A stretch of DNA of 18,547 bases from Opitutia bacterium. Lineage in GTDB: Bacteria; Verrucomicrobiota; Verrucomicrobiia; Opitutales; T3Sed10-336. The position numbers and the translations under genes are program-made. Below the pieces are notes generated by a model that saw nothing but the letters and a program-made list of their open reading frames with translations, made no database searches and was not told the origin of the DNA. This document shows, piece after piece, positions 1 through 8,094 of the stretch; within the stretch, counting starts at the first letter, position 1, and each line of letters starts with the position of its first letter. Location: assembly GCA_050506795.1 (NCBI GenBank), contig JBJHCF010000062.1, forward strand, positions 1-18,547, read 5' to 3'.

Positions 1-115
1 GACTTCTTTCACGCTGAGTCCCTCATGGTACCCGCCTTGTCTTTCACTACGGTTGTTGCCACTTTTCCCGATCATTTCTTTTCATATGACTAGTTCATGC
101 CCATGCCGGGCACAC

Positions 116-257
116 GAGGGCCATGCTCCCGCATGGCCGCGGGCATCCTGCCCGCACAACGGCGGCGCGGGAGCGCCGCCCTCCAGGAAAGAGAAGCGTG
201 ATCTCGTCTCGATTAGGTTGAATCAAACGATCCACCGCCCTAACCGAGTGCCATTCG
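116..257 (-). repeat. Composite intergenic repeat: ~60-nt hairpin (200-257) followed by an inverted GGAG-type REP doublet (116-184)
   Basis: Palindromes GAGGGCCATGCTCCCGCATGGCCGC (116-140), GCGGGCATCCTGCCCGC (139-155) and GGCGGCGCGGGAGCGCCGCCCTCC (161-184). The reverse complement aligns with 7759-7967. Confidence 0.85.
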
Positions 258-268
258 ATCCAGTTTTT

Positions 269-1108
269 TCAATCCTCGATCAGCGCGGTCACGGGCCTCG
301 GAACGCGGACGTTTACGGCCACTTCGTCGATCTCAATTCCAATGTCCATTCTCTCGACTACCAATGCGGCGTCGTCCCATATCCTACCTGCGATGTGCTC
401 GTTCACCTTCAACAGCATCGGGCCGGAAGAATGGTCGCCCCAATCATCAACTTGAATCCCGTCCACAATCACCCCTGCAACCGCGAGTCGAACGTTTCCG
501 TCCGTCCGGGAATCGACGATTCCAACCAACTGCTCGCGCAAAAACACCAGGCCGAAATCGGATCCGAATTCAAGGTCACGGTCTTCGAAAAACCGCGAAA
601 GGCTTCGATTCAAGCGCTCAACCTGTTCGTTTTCCGCAAGTATCTCGGCAACGGTGAATGCTGCGATCTGGTTGCGCACCGCCGAATCAACGATTGAATC
701 AAGGCGCCATTCGGCCGTCCTTGCGTCCCCCAACGTTTCACGAAAACGAACCGGATCGCTTACGCTCCAGAACGCGCTCACCTCGACTTCTATCCGCTGT
801 CGATCACTGGTGATCGTCGATATCGGCTCACCCTCCCAAAACCGACGTCCTTCCTTCGCTCCGTCCAGATCTAACTGGTCGTGTGACAGAATCCGAACGG
901 TGTAGCCCGGGCGTTTGAAATGCCACCCGGGATCGCTCACCGGCTCACCAACGATTTCACCGCCAGCCATGAGGATACCGGTTTCACCCTCCTTCAAGTG
1001 GTATAGGGATGAAACCGCCGCTCCGAAAAGAATCAGCACGATCAGCACAACGACCACCGCAATGGCGATACGAACTCCATCGCGCGTGTACGCTACTGAT
1101 TCGTTCAT
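269..1108 (-). CDS. SPFH/band-7 domain membrane protein, HflC-like, without the C-terminal coiled coil
   Basis: N-terminal TM helix. HflC-like motifs VGEPVSDPGWHFKRP, WEGEP..TSDRQRIEV...W.VSDP.RF, RLDSIVDSAVRN and GIEIDEV; the protein stops shortly after the SPFH domain. Confidence 0.75.
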   Translation of the reverse strand: MNESVAYTRDGVRIAIAVVVVLIVLILFGAAVSSLYHLKEGETGILMAGGEIVGEPVSDPGWHFKRPGYTVRILSHDQLDLDGAKEGRRFWEGEPISTITSDRQRIEVEVSAFWSVSDPVRFRETLGDARTAEWRLDSIVDSAVRNQIAAFTVAEILAENEQVERLNRSLSRFFEDRDLEFGSDFGLVFLREQLVGIVDSRTDGNVRLAVAGVIVDGIQVDDWGDHSSGPMLLKVNEHIAGRIWDDAALVVERMDIGIEIDEVAVNVRVPRPVTALIED

Positions 1109-1117
1109 GGCGTGAGC

Positions 1118-1411
1118 TTAACTCCCCTGGTCACTGTGGCCCAGGTTTTTTTCCGGGTCGACGATGTCGCGGACGCGTTGTTTCAGCAGTTTGATCTCGG
1201 GGAAGCCGCCGTCGGTTTTGCGATCCCAGACGGTGGTTTCACCCACCCGGACACAGAACCGGCCGGGGACATCGTGATCGGGCCTCAGCGCCACTTCCGC
1301 CAGACGGTCCCCGAAGGTCTCCAGCAGTTCCTGCGCGTACCAGGCCGAGCGCAGCAGCCAGCGGCACTTGGGGCAGTAGTGGATCTCGATACGATGACGG
1401 GAGGATTCCAT
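1118..1411 (-). CDS. SelT/SelW/SelH (Rdx family) protein, Cys form
   Basis: IHYCPKCRWLLRSAWYAQELL, WDRK..GGFP and KQRVRD...P.K.LGHSD. The ATG at 1411 avoids overlap with the upstream gene. Confidence 0.92.
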   Translation of the reverse strand: MESSRHRIEIHYCPKCRWLLRSAWYAQELLETFGDRLAEVALRPDHDVPGRFCVRVGETTVWDRKTDGGFPEIKLLKQRVRDIVDPEKNLGHSDQGS

Positions 1412-1443
1412 GGATAATGCCGCGGATTGGAGGGAGTTTTGTT

Positions 1444-2892
1444 TCAGGATTTGCTGAGAACGTGCCGATTGGCCATGGAAATCCCGCTGAGCATGGCGCC
1501 GGTAATTCCGAGGAATCCCTGATCGGTGCCGCACAGGAACAGGTTCCCGTAGGGAGTGCGGCCGTCTTTTATCTTCCGGGTGGCGCCGTAAACCGCGCCG
1601 TTGAGGTGACCGGTGTAACCGGCGATGGTGCGGGGTGTAAACATGTCGCGCGCCACCACGGAGCGCTGCAGCAAGGCGTCGTCGACCTCCGGAAGGAAGC
1701 GGCGAGCGGAAGCGTTAACCTGGTCGAACCAGCGCTCCTTGGCCCGGCGGTACTCGGGCTCGGGAAGTTTCGCCCAGCGGGCGTAGTTCGCCAGGCAGGT
1801 CACGCGAAGAAAACCTTCCGGCAGGATGCGGTCGCCGTAATCGAAATTATTGGGGAAACAGATCACCCCGCTGCGCGGGTCGACCAGGTCGTCCGGAACC
1901 GCGTAATGAAAGCGGTCGGAGTCGTTAAAAAAGACGATCGTATCCTTCCACCCCAGGTCGGCCGGTTGACAGGACAGGACACTGATTGTCTCCACAAAAC
2001 TGAGACGCCCGGTATCGGCCTCCCAGTCGGGAGGGGCAGAGTTCGCGGCCTCCGCGCGGCACAGCCGCAAAGTCTCCACCGAACCGGCGGAGGAAAGGAC
2101 GACATCAGCCGTCACGGTGCCCCCGTTGTCCAGCACCACCGCGTCCACCCCACCCGGGCCGATTCGCAATTCGCGCACCCCGCAGCCCATGCGCCGTTCC
2201 ACGCCGGCCTCGCGCAACTTGCGCAACAGCACCCCGGTCAAGCGGCGCACCCCTTCCAAAGGCCGGGCGAAACCTTCCATGAAAATGGACCGGAACATGA
2301 TGGCGAACTGGGACAAATCCATATCCCCTTCCCGGGCGCTGCCGTAGTACATCAGCGGACAGAGCAACATATCCTCCAGCAGGCGATCGCCAATGTGACG
2401 GCGGATAAATTCCCGGGCCGAGGTTTCCTCGGCTTCGCCCGCCAGATCCTCCAATCCGGTGACCTCTTTGGCCAGCGACCGGAACCCGTCAATTTCGGGG
2501 GGAAACACGCGGGCCACCTCCGATTCCAAAACGGAGAAATCGTTGGTGAACCTGAGTTCGGCGTCCGGAAAACACACCCGCGACCCCTTCTGCCGGCAGA
2601 GGGCCAATTCCTCGCGGTGAATCCGCAGCTGCCGGAGCAACTTCACCAGAGGCGTTCCGCGCACCCCGCGGGGGACGAAGTTGGTGACAGCGTGCAGGCC
2701 GACATCATATTTGCGGCCGTCGATCTTATAAAAACTGTTGAGGCCCCCGATTACGGTATGCCGTTCCAGCAGGCAAACGGACTTTCCGAAATGCGCCAGG
2801 CGAATGGCCGCGGCCATACCGGCCATGCCGGCGCCGATTATGACGACGTCGTAATGGGGCCGTTCGGGGCCTCTGAGTGCGACTTCCGCCAT
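1444..2892 (-). CDS. FAD-dependent oxidoreductase, phytoene desaturase (CrtI-like) superfamily, lipid-cluster type
   Basis: Rossmann motif YDVVIIGAGMAG, GGLNSFY, YDVGLHA, TPRTI..YTGH.NGAVYG and LCGTDQGFLGITGAMLSG. Lies directly downstream of ACP and fabF. Confidence 0.88.
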   Translation of the reverse strand: MAEVALRGPERPHYDVVIIGAGMAGMAAAIRLAHFGKSVCLLERHTVIGGLNSFYKIDGRKYDVGLHAVTNFVPRGVRGTPLVKLLRQLRIHREELALCRQKGSRVCFPDAELRFTNDFSVLESEVARVFPPEIDGFRSLAKEVTGLEDLAGEAEETSAREFIRRHIGDRLLEDMLLCPLMYYGSAREGDMDLSQFAIMFRSIFMEGFARPLEGVRRLTGVLLRKLREAGVERRMGCGVRELRIGPGGVDAVVLDNGGTVTADVVLSSAGSVETLRLCRAEAANSAPPDWEADTGRLSFVETISVLSCQPADLGWKDTIVFFNDSDRFHYAVPDDLVDPRSGVICFPNNFDYGDRILPEGFLRVTCLANYARWAKLPEPEYRRAKERWFDQVNASARRFLPEVDDALLQRSVVARDMFTPRTIAGYTGHLNGAVYGATRKIKDGRTPYGNLFLCGTDQGFLGITGAMLSGISMANRHVLSKS

Positions 2893-2911
2893 TGCGGCGA
2901 AATGGTTCAGG

Positions 2912-3172
2912 TTAGGCCGACTGCTTCTGCTTGAACTTGGGCGTCAGGTACTCGGCGCAGCTGTCGAGTGAAGCCAGCTTCGGGTAGTCCTCTTCCGGCA
3001 CCTCAATACCGTATTGCTTGCGGAGTTCCATCACGATATCCAGGAAATCCATGGAATCGAGATCGAGTTGGTCGCGCAGGCGCACGTCATCCTTGACATC
3101 GCTCAGGTCCTCGTCGGGAGCGATATCTTCGATAATCTTCAGAACGATCTTCTTACACTCTTCTTCGGTCAT
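2912..3172 (-). CDS. acpP: Acyl carrier protein
   Basis: 86 aa, acidic, with phosphopantetheine site LDLDSMDFLDIVMELRK. Confidence 0.93.
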   Translation of the reverse strand: MTEEECKKIVLKIIEDIAPDEDLSDVKDDVRLRDQLDLDSMDFLDIVMELRKQYGIEVPEEDYPKLASLDSCAEYLTPKFKQKQSA

Positions 3173-3193
3173 AGAATCAAAAAAGGAATCATT

Positions 3194-4429
3194 TTAATCC
3201 ACGTAACGGCGGACAATCAAGACAGAATTAATCCCGAGCATCCCGAAGGAGTTGTTCAGAATCACATCGACCCGCTGGTTTTCAAGCGGCTCATTCAGAA
3301 CCAGATTCGGCACCTCGCATTTTGGGTCGAGGTGCTCCACGTTGAGACAGTGGTGAATTTTGCCGTCGTCGAACGAAGGCAGGTTGCCGGCCAGTTCCAG
3401 GGCGCCGGCCGCTCCCATGGCGTGTCCGATGAACCCTTTGGTGTTGTTGACGCGGGTCTCGGGACAATCCGCGAACACTTCCCGCAGGGCGATACACTCC
3501 TGCTCGTCTCCCAGCGGGGTCGCGGTGGCGTGGGTGTTGACCAGGTCGATGTCCCTCGGGCTTAACCCGGCACGTTTCAGCGCCAGGCGCATGCAGGCGG
3601 CCTGGCCGCCGGAATGGGGCAGCACATAATCCCTGGCGTCGGAATTGAGCGCGTAACCGACGATCTCACCGTAGATTTTGGCTCCGCGGGCGAGAGCGTC
3701 CTCCAGGCGCTCCACGGTGTAAACGCACCCTCCCTCGCTGACCACGATCCCGTTGCGGTCGCGATCGAATGGCCGGCTGGCCCGGGCGGGGTCTTCGTGC
3801 TTTGCCAGGGCGCCCTGGCTTTTGAACGCGGCAAAGATGCCAAAGGTGTGAATGCTCTCGCTCACTCCGCCCGCCAGGGCGAAATCCACCTCCCCCAGCC
3901 GCAACATCTGCAGGGCCTGAATCAACCCGGCGTTGCCCGCCGCGCAGGCCGCCCCGATGGTGTAGTGCGGGCCGGAAATGGCCATGTTAATGGTGACCTC
4001 ACCCGCGGGGTTGTTGGCCACGGTTCTGGGGTTGTGATGGTGAGTCCAGTAGCGGGTGTCGTAATCAAATTGAGAAATATTGTAGATCTCGTTCTCGGTT
4101 TCCACGTTCCCGTGTTCCGTCACCCCGAGGTACACCCCGACCCGGTCCTTCTCCACCCCTTCCCAATCCACCCCGCTGTCGGCAACCGCCTCGCGGGAGC
4201 AGTAAATGGCGACACTGCCGGCACGGGTGCCGATACGCAGCGCCTTTTTCTTTTGATGCCGCAACGGATCGAAATGACAAACCCCGGCGTGCACCGTGCC
4301 CATGTAGCGCGTCTCGATATTCTCGATCCCCGCCACCCCGGCCAGAAGGTTCCGGCGGAACTCGGGAAGGGTGTCGCCATTGGGCGCGGTCAGGCCGATG
4401 CCTGTAATAACTATCCTGCTGTCGATCAT
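3194..4429 (-). CDS. fabF: Beta-ketoacyl-ACP synthase (FabF/FabB family)
   Basis: RIVITGIG start, ASRPFDRDRNG and NNSFG. Intact Cys-His-His triad in GAACAAG, NTHATATP and GHAMGAAG. Confidence 0.92.
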   Translation of the reverse strand: MIDSRIVITGIGLTAPNGDTLPEFRRNLLAGVAGIENIETRYMGTVHAGVCHFDPLRHQKKKALRIGTRAGSVAIYCSREAVADSGVDWEGVEKDRVGVYLGVTEHGNVETENEIYNISQFDYDTRYWTHHHNPRTVANNPAGEVTINMAISGPHYTIGAACAAGNAGLIQALQMLRLGEVDFALAGGVSESIHTFGIFAAFKSQGALAKHEDPARASRPFDRDRNGIVVSEGGCVYTVERLEDALARGAKIYGEIVGYALNSDARDYVLPHSGGQAACMRLALKRAGLSPRDIDLVNTHATATPLGDEQECIALREVFADCPETRVNNTKGFIGHAMGAAGALELAGNLPSFDDGKIHHCLNVEHLDPKCEVPNLVLNEPLENQRVDVILNNSFGMLGINSVLIVRRYVD

Positions 4430-4900
4430 GAAAGAAAAATACTTCTTCTATCGAAAGCCGCCAAAGCGCCGGGGTCAAGTCAGTGCGAAGGATATCCGGG
4501 TTGTTGGCGAATTTACTTTGAAATTAACAAAAGGCACCCTGTGTCGATTCCCGGAACCCGAGTGTTAATGCCTCCTAATTCGTACCATCAAAGCCCGGTT
4601 GAGCGCCCGCTTCAGGGTGATTTCAGGTTAAATCGGCCTGGAATGAAAATCATCTTTAACCCCTGATGAAAAGGTTTTTATAACACATTTCACATATAGG
4701 AGAGGTACACGAAAAGGGTCCACTGGCCGTCGGCTCAGGGGTGATGTCCGGGAACCGGCGTCGAAACCCCGGTATCACCCCGGACCCACCCAATCTAAAT
4801 CCAGATCCGGGTCGCCCGGTCCGAGTCCAAAGTCGACTTTTTTTGACCGGACCCCTTTTCCTTACGAACGATCGGGTTGCAGAATCCCTGGTGCCGGCCA

Positions 4901-5145
4901 CTAGGAGTCTGTCGGCCTTCGCCGACAGACTCCTAAAAGAGGAAATATCATGACAAAAAAAAGCTGGGGGATTTTGAAGAAAAACCAGGAATTCGGGCAC
5001 GAAACGAACGAGATTCGAGCCTAATGAGGCCTTTGCATACGATCTCATGAGTTTTTTCATCCCTGTTCCACTCTCTCGTCATGGTATTTCCTCCATTAGC
5101 AGCCTGCCGGACTTAGGCGGTAGCCTAAGTCCGGCAGGCTGCTAG
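4901..5145. repeat. Mirror-symmetric element: two perfect hairpins flanking a pair of 21-nt inverted repeats (MITE-like)
   Basis: 15-bp stem TAGGAGTCTGTCGGC at 4902-4935 and 22-bp stem TAGCAGCCTGCCGGACTTAGGC at 5097-5144. Inner inverted repeats at 4934-4954 and 5078-5098 match at 18/21. Confidence 0.85.
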
Positions 5146-5186
5146 GTTCGCTTGCTCTTCAGGGATTTTGTGTTTATGAATCTCAC

Positions 5187-6239
5187 ATGACGCAACCGGC
5201 ACTCTTTGCACTATTTCAAAAGCGTATCCCAGGCGACGACTCCCTGTTGACGCTGGCCCAGCGGCGCTTTCAAGAGTGCGGTCTGCTCCCCGAGATTCAC
5301 GCTGGAAACGCCGAGGAATGCCGCGCCATGCTGGAGTTTCATCCGTTTCCCGAGCGCGAAGCCATGGTCCACCTCCCCCGCGACCTGGACCTGCTGAACA
5401 CCGAGGTTCGCGACGGCATCGTCACTCTGGCTGCCAAAGGCCCAAAAACGATCCGCGGCCTGGTGGTTCACGATCAACAGGCCGCCCGGGACGAATTTGA
5501 GACCTACCTCGACGCCCTGCGCGATCTGGACCGAAAGTTGCGACGGAAAAAGTCCCCGGTGCTGGTTTTTGTGGAATACGCGGTCGGACTGGAGCCCGAT
5601 CAATTCTGCCGCGTCATCGAAGCCGCGGCCGACCTCCCGTCGATCAGCGCCTGCATAGACATCGGACACGTCGGCATCCGCCGAGCCCGGCAGGTGTACG
5701 AACACGGTTTTCCCGGACACCACCTCACGGCTCACGAGGCGGGAGATCCGGAAACTTTCGAGCACCTCGCCGAGGTGGAGGACGCCGTGCTTTCCGCCAT
5801 GGCCGTCACCCTGGACATGATACGCCGCCTTTCAGTCCTGAATAAGCCGCTGCATTTCCACCTGCACGACGGTCATCCGCTGGTGGAAAACCACTACCAC
5901 GTCCCCGACCACCGGAGTTTCCTCGATCGGCCCATGCTCACCGCCCCCGACGATTCCCGCATCGAACTGGACACCCTGTACGGTCCGGAAGGATTGCATG
6001 CCGTGGTGGAAACGGCGCGCCAGCATCTTGACCAGGAGAAGCTGACCTTCACTCTGGAGATCCACGAAACCCTGGAAGCCCTCCAACTGGACCCCCAGGC
6101 GGAATTCCTTTTTGCTCACTGGGCCGACCGGACCAACGCCGAAAGAACAAACCACTGGCTGGACCTGCTGAAACGCAACGCCAACCTGTTCCAGAAAATC
6201 TGGTCCAGCCGCCAACCCGAGGCCGGAGTAATCCGCTGA
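5187..6239 (+). CDS. Xylose isomerase/AP endonuclease 2-like TIM-barrel metalloprotein, function unknown
   Basis: Metal-ligand pattern FVEY, CIDIGH, HFHLHDG and TLEIH. Confidence 0.7.
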   Translation: MTQPALFALFQKRIPGDDSLLTLAQRRFQECGLLPEIHAGNAEECRAMLEFHPFPEREAMVHLPRDLDLLNTEVRDGIVTLAAKGPKTIRGLVVHDQQAARDEFETYLDALRDLDRKLRRKKSPVLVFVEYAVGLEPDQFCRVIEAAADLPSISACIDIGHVGIRRARQVYEHGFPGHHLTAHEAGDPETFEHLAEVEDAVLSAMAVTLDMIRRLSVLNKPLHFHLHDGHPLVENHYHVPDHRSFLDRPMLTAPDDSRIELDTLYGPEGLHAVVETARQHLDQEKLTFTLEIHETLEALQLDPQAEFLFAHWADRTNAERTNHWLDLLKRNANLFQKIWSSRQPEAGVIR

Positions 6240-6323
6240 GTCCAGACGATCCAATCGTTCGCGCCCCTTATCTTCCCCGCCCCTACAAATATATATAATC
6301 ACGCTAAATCTCTATCATAAACC

Positions 6324-6354
6324 TTGACAGTGCGGGCCAATGCGCCTCATCAAT
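6324..6354 (+). promoter_or_regulatory. Putative sigma70-type promoter of the BSP gene
   Basis: Perfect TTGACA at 6324-6329 after an AT-rich tract. The -10 element is weak (CATCAAT region). This placement favours the ATG at 6361. Confidence 0.35.
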
Positions 6355-6360
6355 CAAATT

Positions 6361-7740
6361 ATGAGTGCTTCCCTATTCCGTCGTCTCGCACTTGTCCTGA
6401 TCGCCCCCGCCGCCCTGGTAACCGCCCTGGCCGACGACAACGGCGATATCCAGGTGATCGCCGATTTCAGCGCCGGCGGACGGGATTTCCAGTTCGAACG
6501 GGTGCCCCTTCCGGCCGTTAACGATGCCGCGACGGAAGCCGAGTTCACCCTGATCGGAGGTTCCGCGGACCCGAATGGAGCCCCGATTGCCGTGCTACAC
6601 AACGGTCGCGTCCCGCGGGAACCGGACGAGCCGTCGGCCAACTTCTTCCTGGCCGCCGGAACCGACGGCGGCCGCGTGCTCATCGACCTCCACGAGGCGA
6701 TAACCGTGCAGGAGGTGCGCAGTTATTCCTGGCACCCCGGATCCCGGGGACCTCAGGTTTACACGCTTTACGGCTCGGATGGCACTGCGGACCAGTTCGC
6801 CCCCAATCCGGAAGCCGAAGTGAATCCGGGCGAAGCCGGATGGAAGCGCCTGGTCCGGGTGGACACCCGAATGGAAGGGACCGACGGCGGCGGACAACAC
6901 GGGGTGGCCGTACGACGCGATGATTTGGAACCGTTGGGATCTTTCCGTTACCTGCTACTCGATATCGAAAGGGCGGGACCGCCACCGTTCGGCAACACCT
7001 TTTACAGCGAGATCGACGTCATTGGCGCCGACAGCGAGGACCTGGTTTTCGTGGAACCCCCCGAATCAAAGATTTACACCTTCGAGGACCAGGACGGCCG
7101 GTACCGCTACACCGTGGACGCCACCCAGGCTCCCGACCTAACCGATTGGGTGCACGAAAAGATGATGCCCATGGTCAAGGAATGGTACCCGAAGCTGGTG
7201 GCCATGCTGCCGAGCGACGGCTTCACCGCCCGCGATGACGTGGTGCTGGAGTTCCGTTCCGGCATCAACGTCCCCGCCTACGCCGGCGGAAACCGGGTGA
7301 CGCTCAACGTGGAATGGTTCCGGCGCGAACTCGAGCGCGAGGCGCTAGGCTGCGTGGTGCACGAGTTGGTGCACATCGTTCAGGATTACGGCCAGGGCCG
7401 CCGCAACAATCCCAACGCGACCCGCAACCCGGGTTGGATCGTTGAAGGCATCCCGGACTACATCCGCTGGTTCCTCTACGAACCCGAGGTCCGCGGCGCG
7501 GAAATCACCGCCCGCAATATCGGCAACGCCCGTTACGATGCCAGTTACCGCACCTCCGCCAACTTCCTCAACTGGGTGGTGAACGAACGGTATTCCGACT
7601 TGGTTCCCGAGCTCAACGCCGCCGCCCGCGAGGGTCGCTACTCCGAGGATCTGTGGGTCGAATGGACCGGAAAATCGGTGAGCGAACTGGGCGACGCCTG
7701 GATCGAACACCATCGCGCCCGACTCGACGGAACCGATTAG
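6361..7740 (+). CDS. Secreted basic secretory protein (BSP)-family zinc peptidase with an N-terminal beta-sandwich (discoidin-like) domain
   Basis: Signal peptide ending ALA. C-terminal VHELVHIVQDY, PGWIVEGIPDYIRW and YDASYRTSANFL. Alternative start at 6340. Confidence 0.8.
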   Translation: MSASLFRRLALVLIAPAALVTALADDNGDIQVIADFSAGGRDFQFERVPLPAVNDAATEAEFTLIGGSADPNGAPIAVLHNGRVPREPDEPSANFFLAAGTDGGRVLIDLHEAITVQEVRSYSWHPGSRGPQVYTLYGSDGTADQFAPNPEAEVNPGEAGWKRLVRVDTRMEGTDGGGQHGVAVRRDDLEPLGSFRYLLLDIERAGPPPFGNTFYSEIDVIGADSEDLVFVEPPESKIYTFEDQDGRYRYTVDATQAPDLTDWVHEKMMPMVKEWYPKLVAMLPSDGFTARDDVVLEFRSGINVPAYAGGNRVTLNVEWFRRELEREALGCVVHELVHIVQDYGQGRRNNPNATRNPGWIVEGIPDYIRWFLYEPEVRGAEITARNIGNARYDASYRTSANFLNWVVNERYSDLVPELNAAAREGRYSEDLWVEWTGKSVSELGDAWIEHHRARLDGTD

Positions 7741-7758
7741 GAATCTTTCGGACTAAAG

Positions 7759-7967
7759 CGAATGCTACTCGGTTAGGGCGGTTCATCGTCAGATGTATCC
7801 GAATCGAGATTGCGATTCCGCTCCCTGAAGGGCGGCGCTCCCGCGCCGCCGGTGCGGGTAGTGTGCCCGCGCTCCCAATCCCAGATCAGCACCAGAGTGA
7901 TACAGGCATTCCTGCCTGTCGATCACAAGAACCTCACGCGGCCATGCGGGAGCATGGCCCTCCAGGG
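7759..7967 (+). repeat. Second copy of the composite hairpin plus REP cluster, with an extra REP-like palindrome
   Basis: 7759-7810 matches the reverse complement of 206-257 at about 41/52. REP palindromes at 7831-7850, 7854-7870, 7902-7919 and 7938-7963. Confidence 0.85.
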
Positions 7968-8094
7968 GAATCGCCTATGCGACTTGGATTTAATTTCGGC
8001 GGGAGAAGGAACTGAGACGATCAACGGCTTGGTAATGCGAATCCGGGATTGTTTTCCTTCGTCATACCCCTAATATCCCCCACTCAAAGGACCT

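Noticed and set aside
1..75. Possible minus-strand gene start (MIGKSGNNRSERQGGYHEGLSVKEV) beside the REP doublet
   Set aside because: Only 25 codons are visible, too few to assign. It could be a real gene continuing outside the window.
1118..1411. Selenoprotein
   Set aside because: The motif is CPKC with no in-frame TGA.
1417..4666. Long plus-strand ORFs 1417-2934, 3014-3565 and 3614-4666, and similar shadow ORFs elsewhere
   Set aside because: They are antisense to well-supported genes in GC-rich DNA and contain no recognisable motifs.
4663..4745. Hammerhead ribozyme (CTGATGA ... GAAA)
   Set aside because: Stem II does not close and there is no proper stem III or UH cleavage site.
4656..5060. 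134-aa minus-strand ORF
   Set aside because: It runs through hairpins and inverted repeats, has atypical composition and shows no motifs.
7759..7818. Integron attC interpretation of the post-stop hairpins
   Set aside because: The GTT and AAC boxes are in the opposite order to RYYYAAC...GTTRRRY, the upstream genes include housekeeping rsmA, and no integrase is present.
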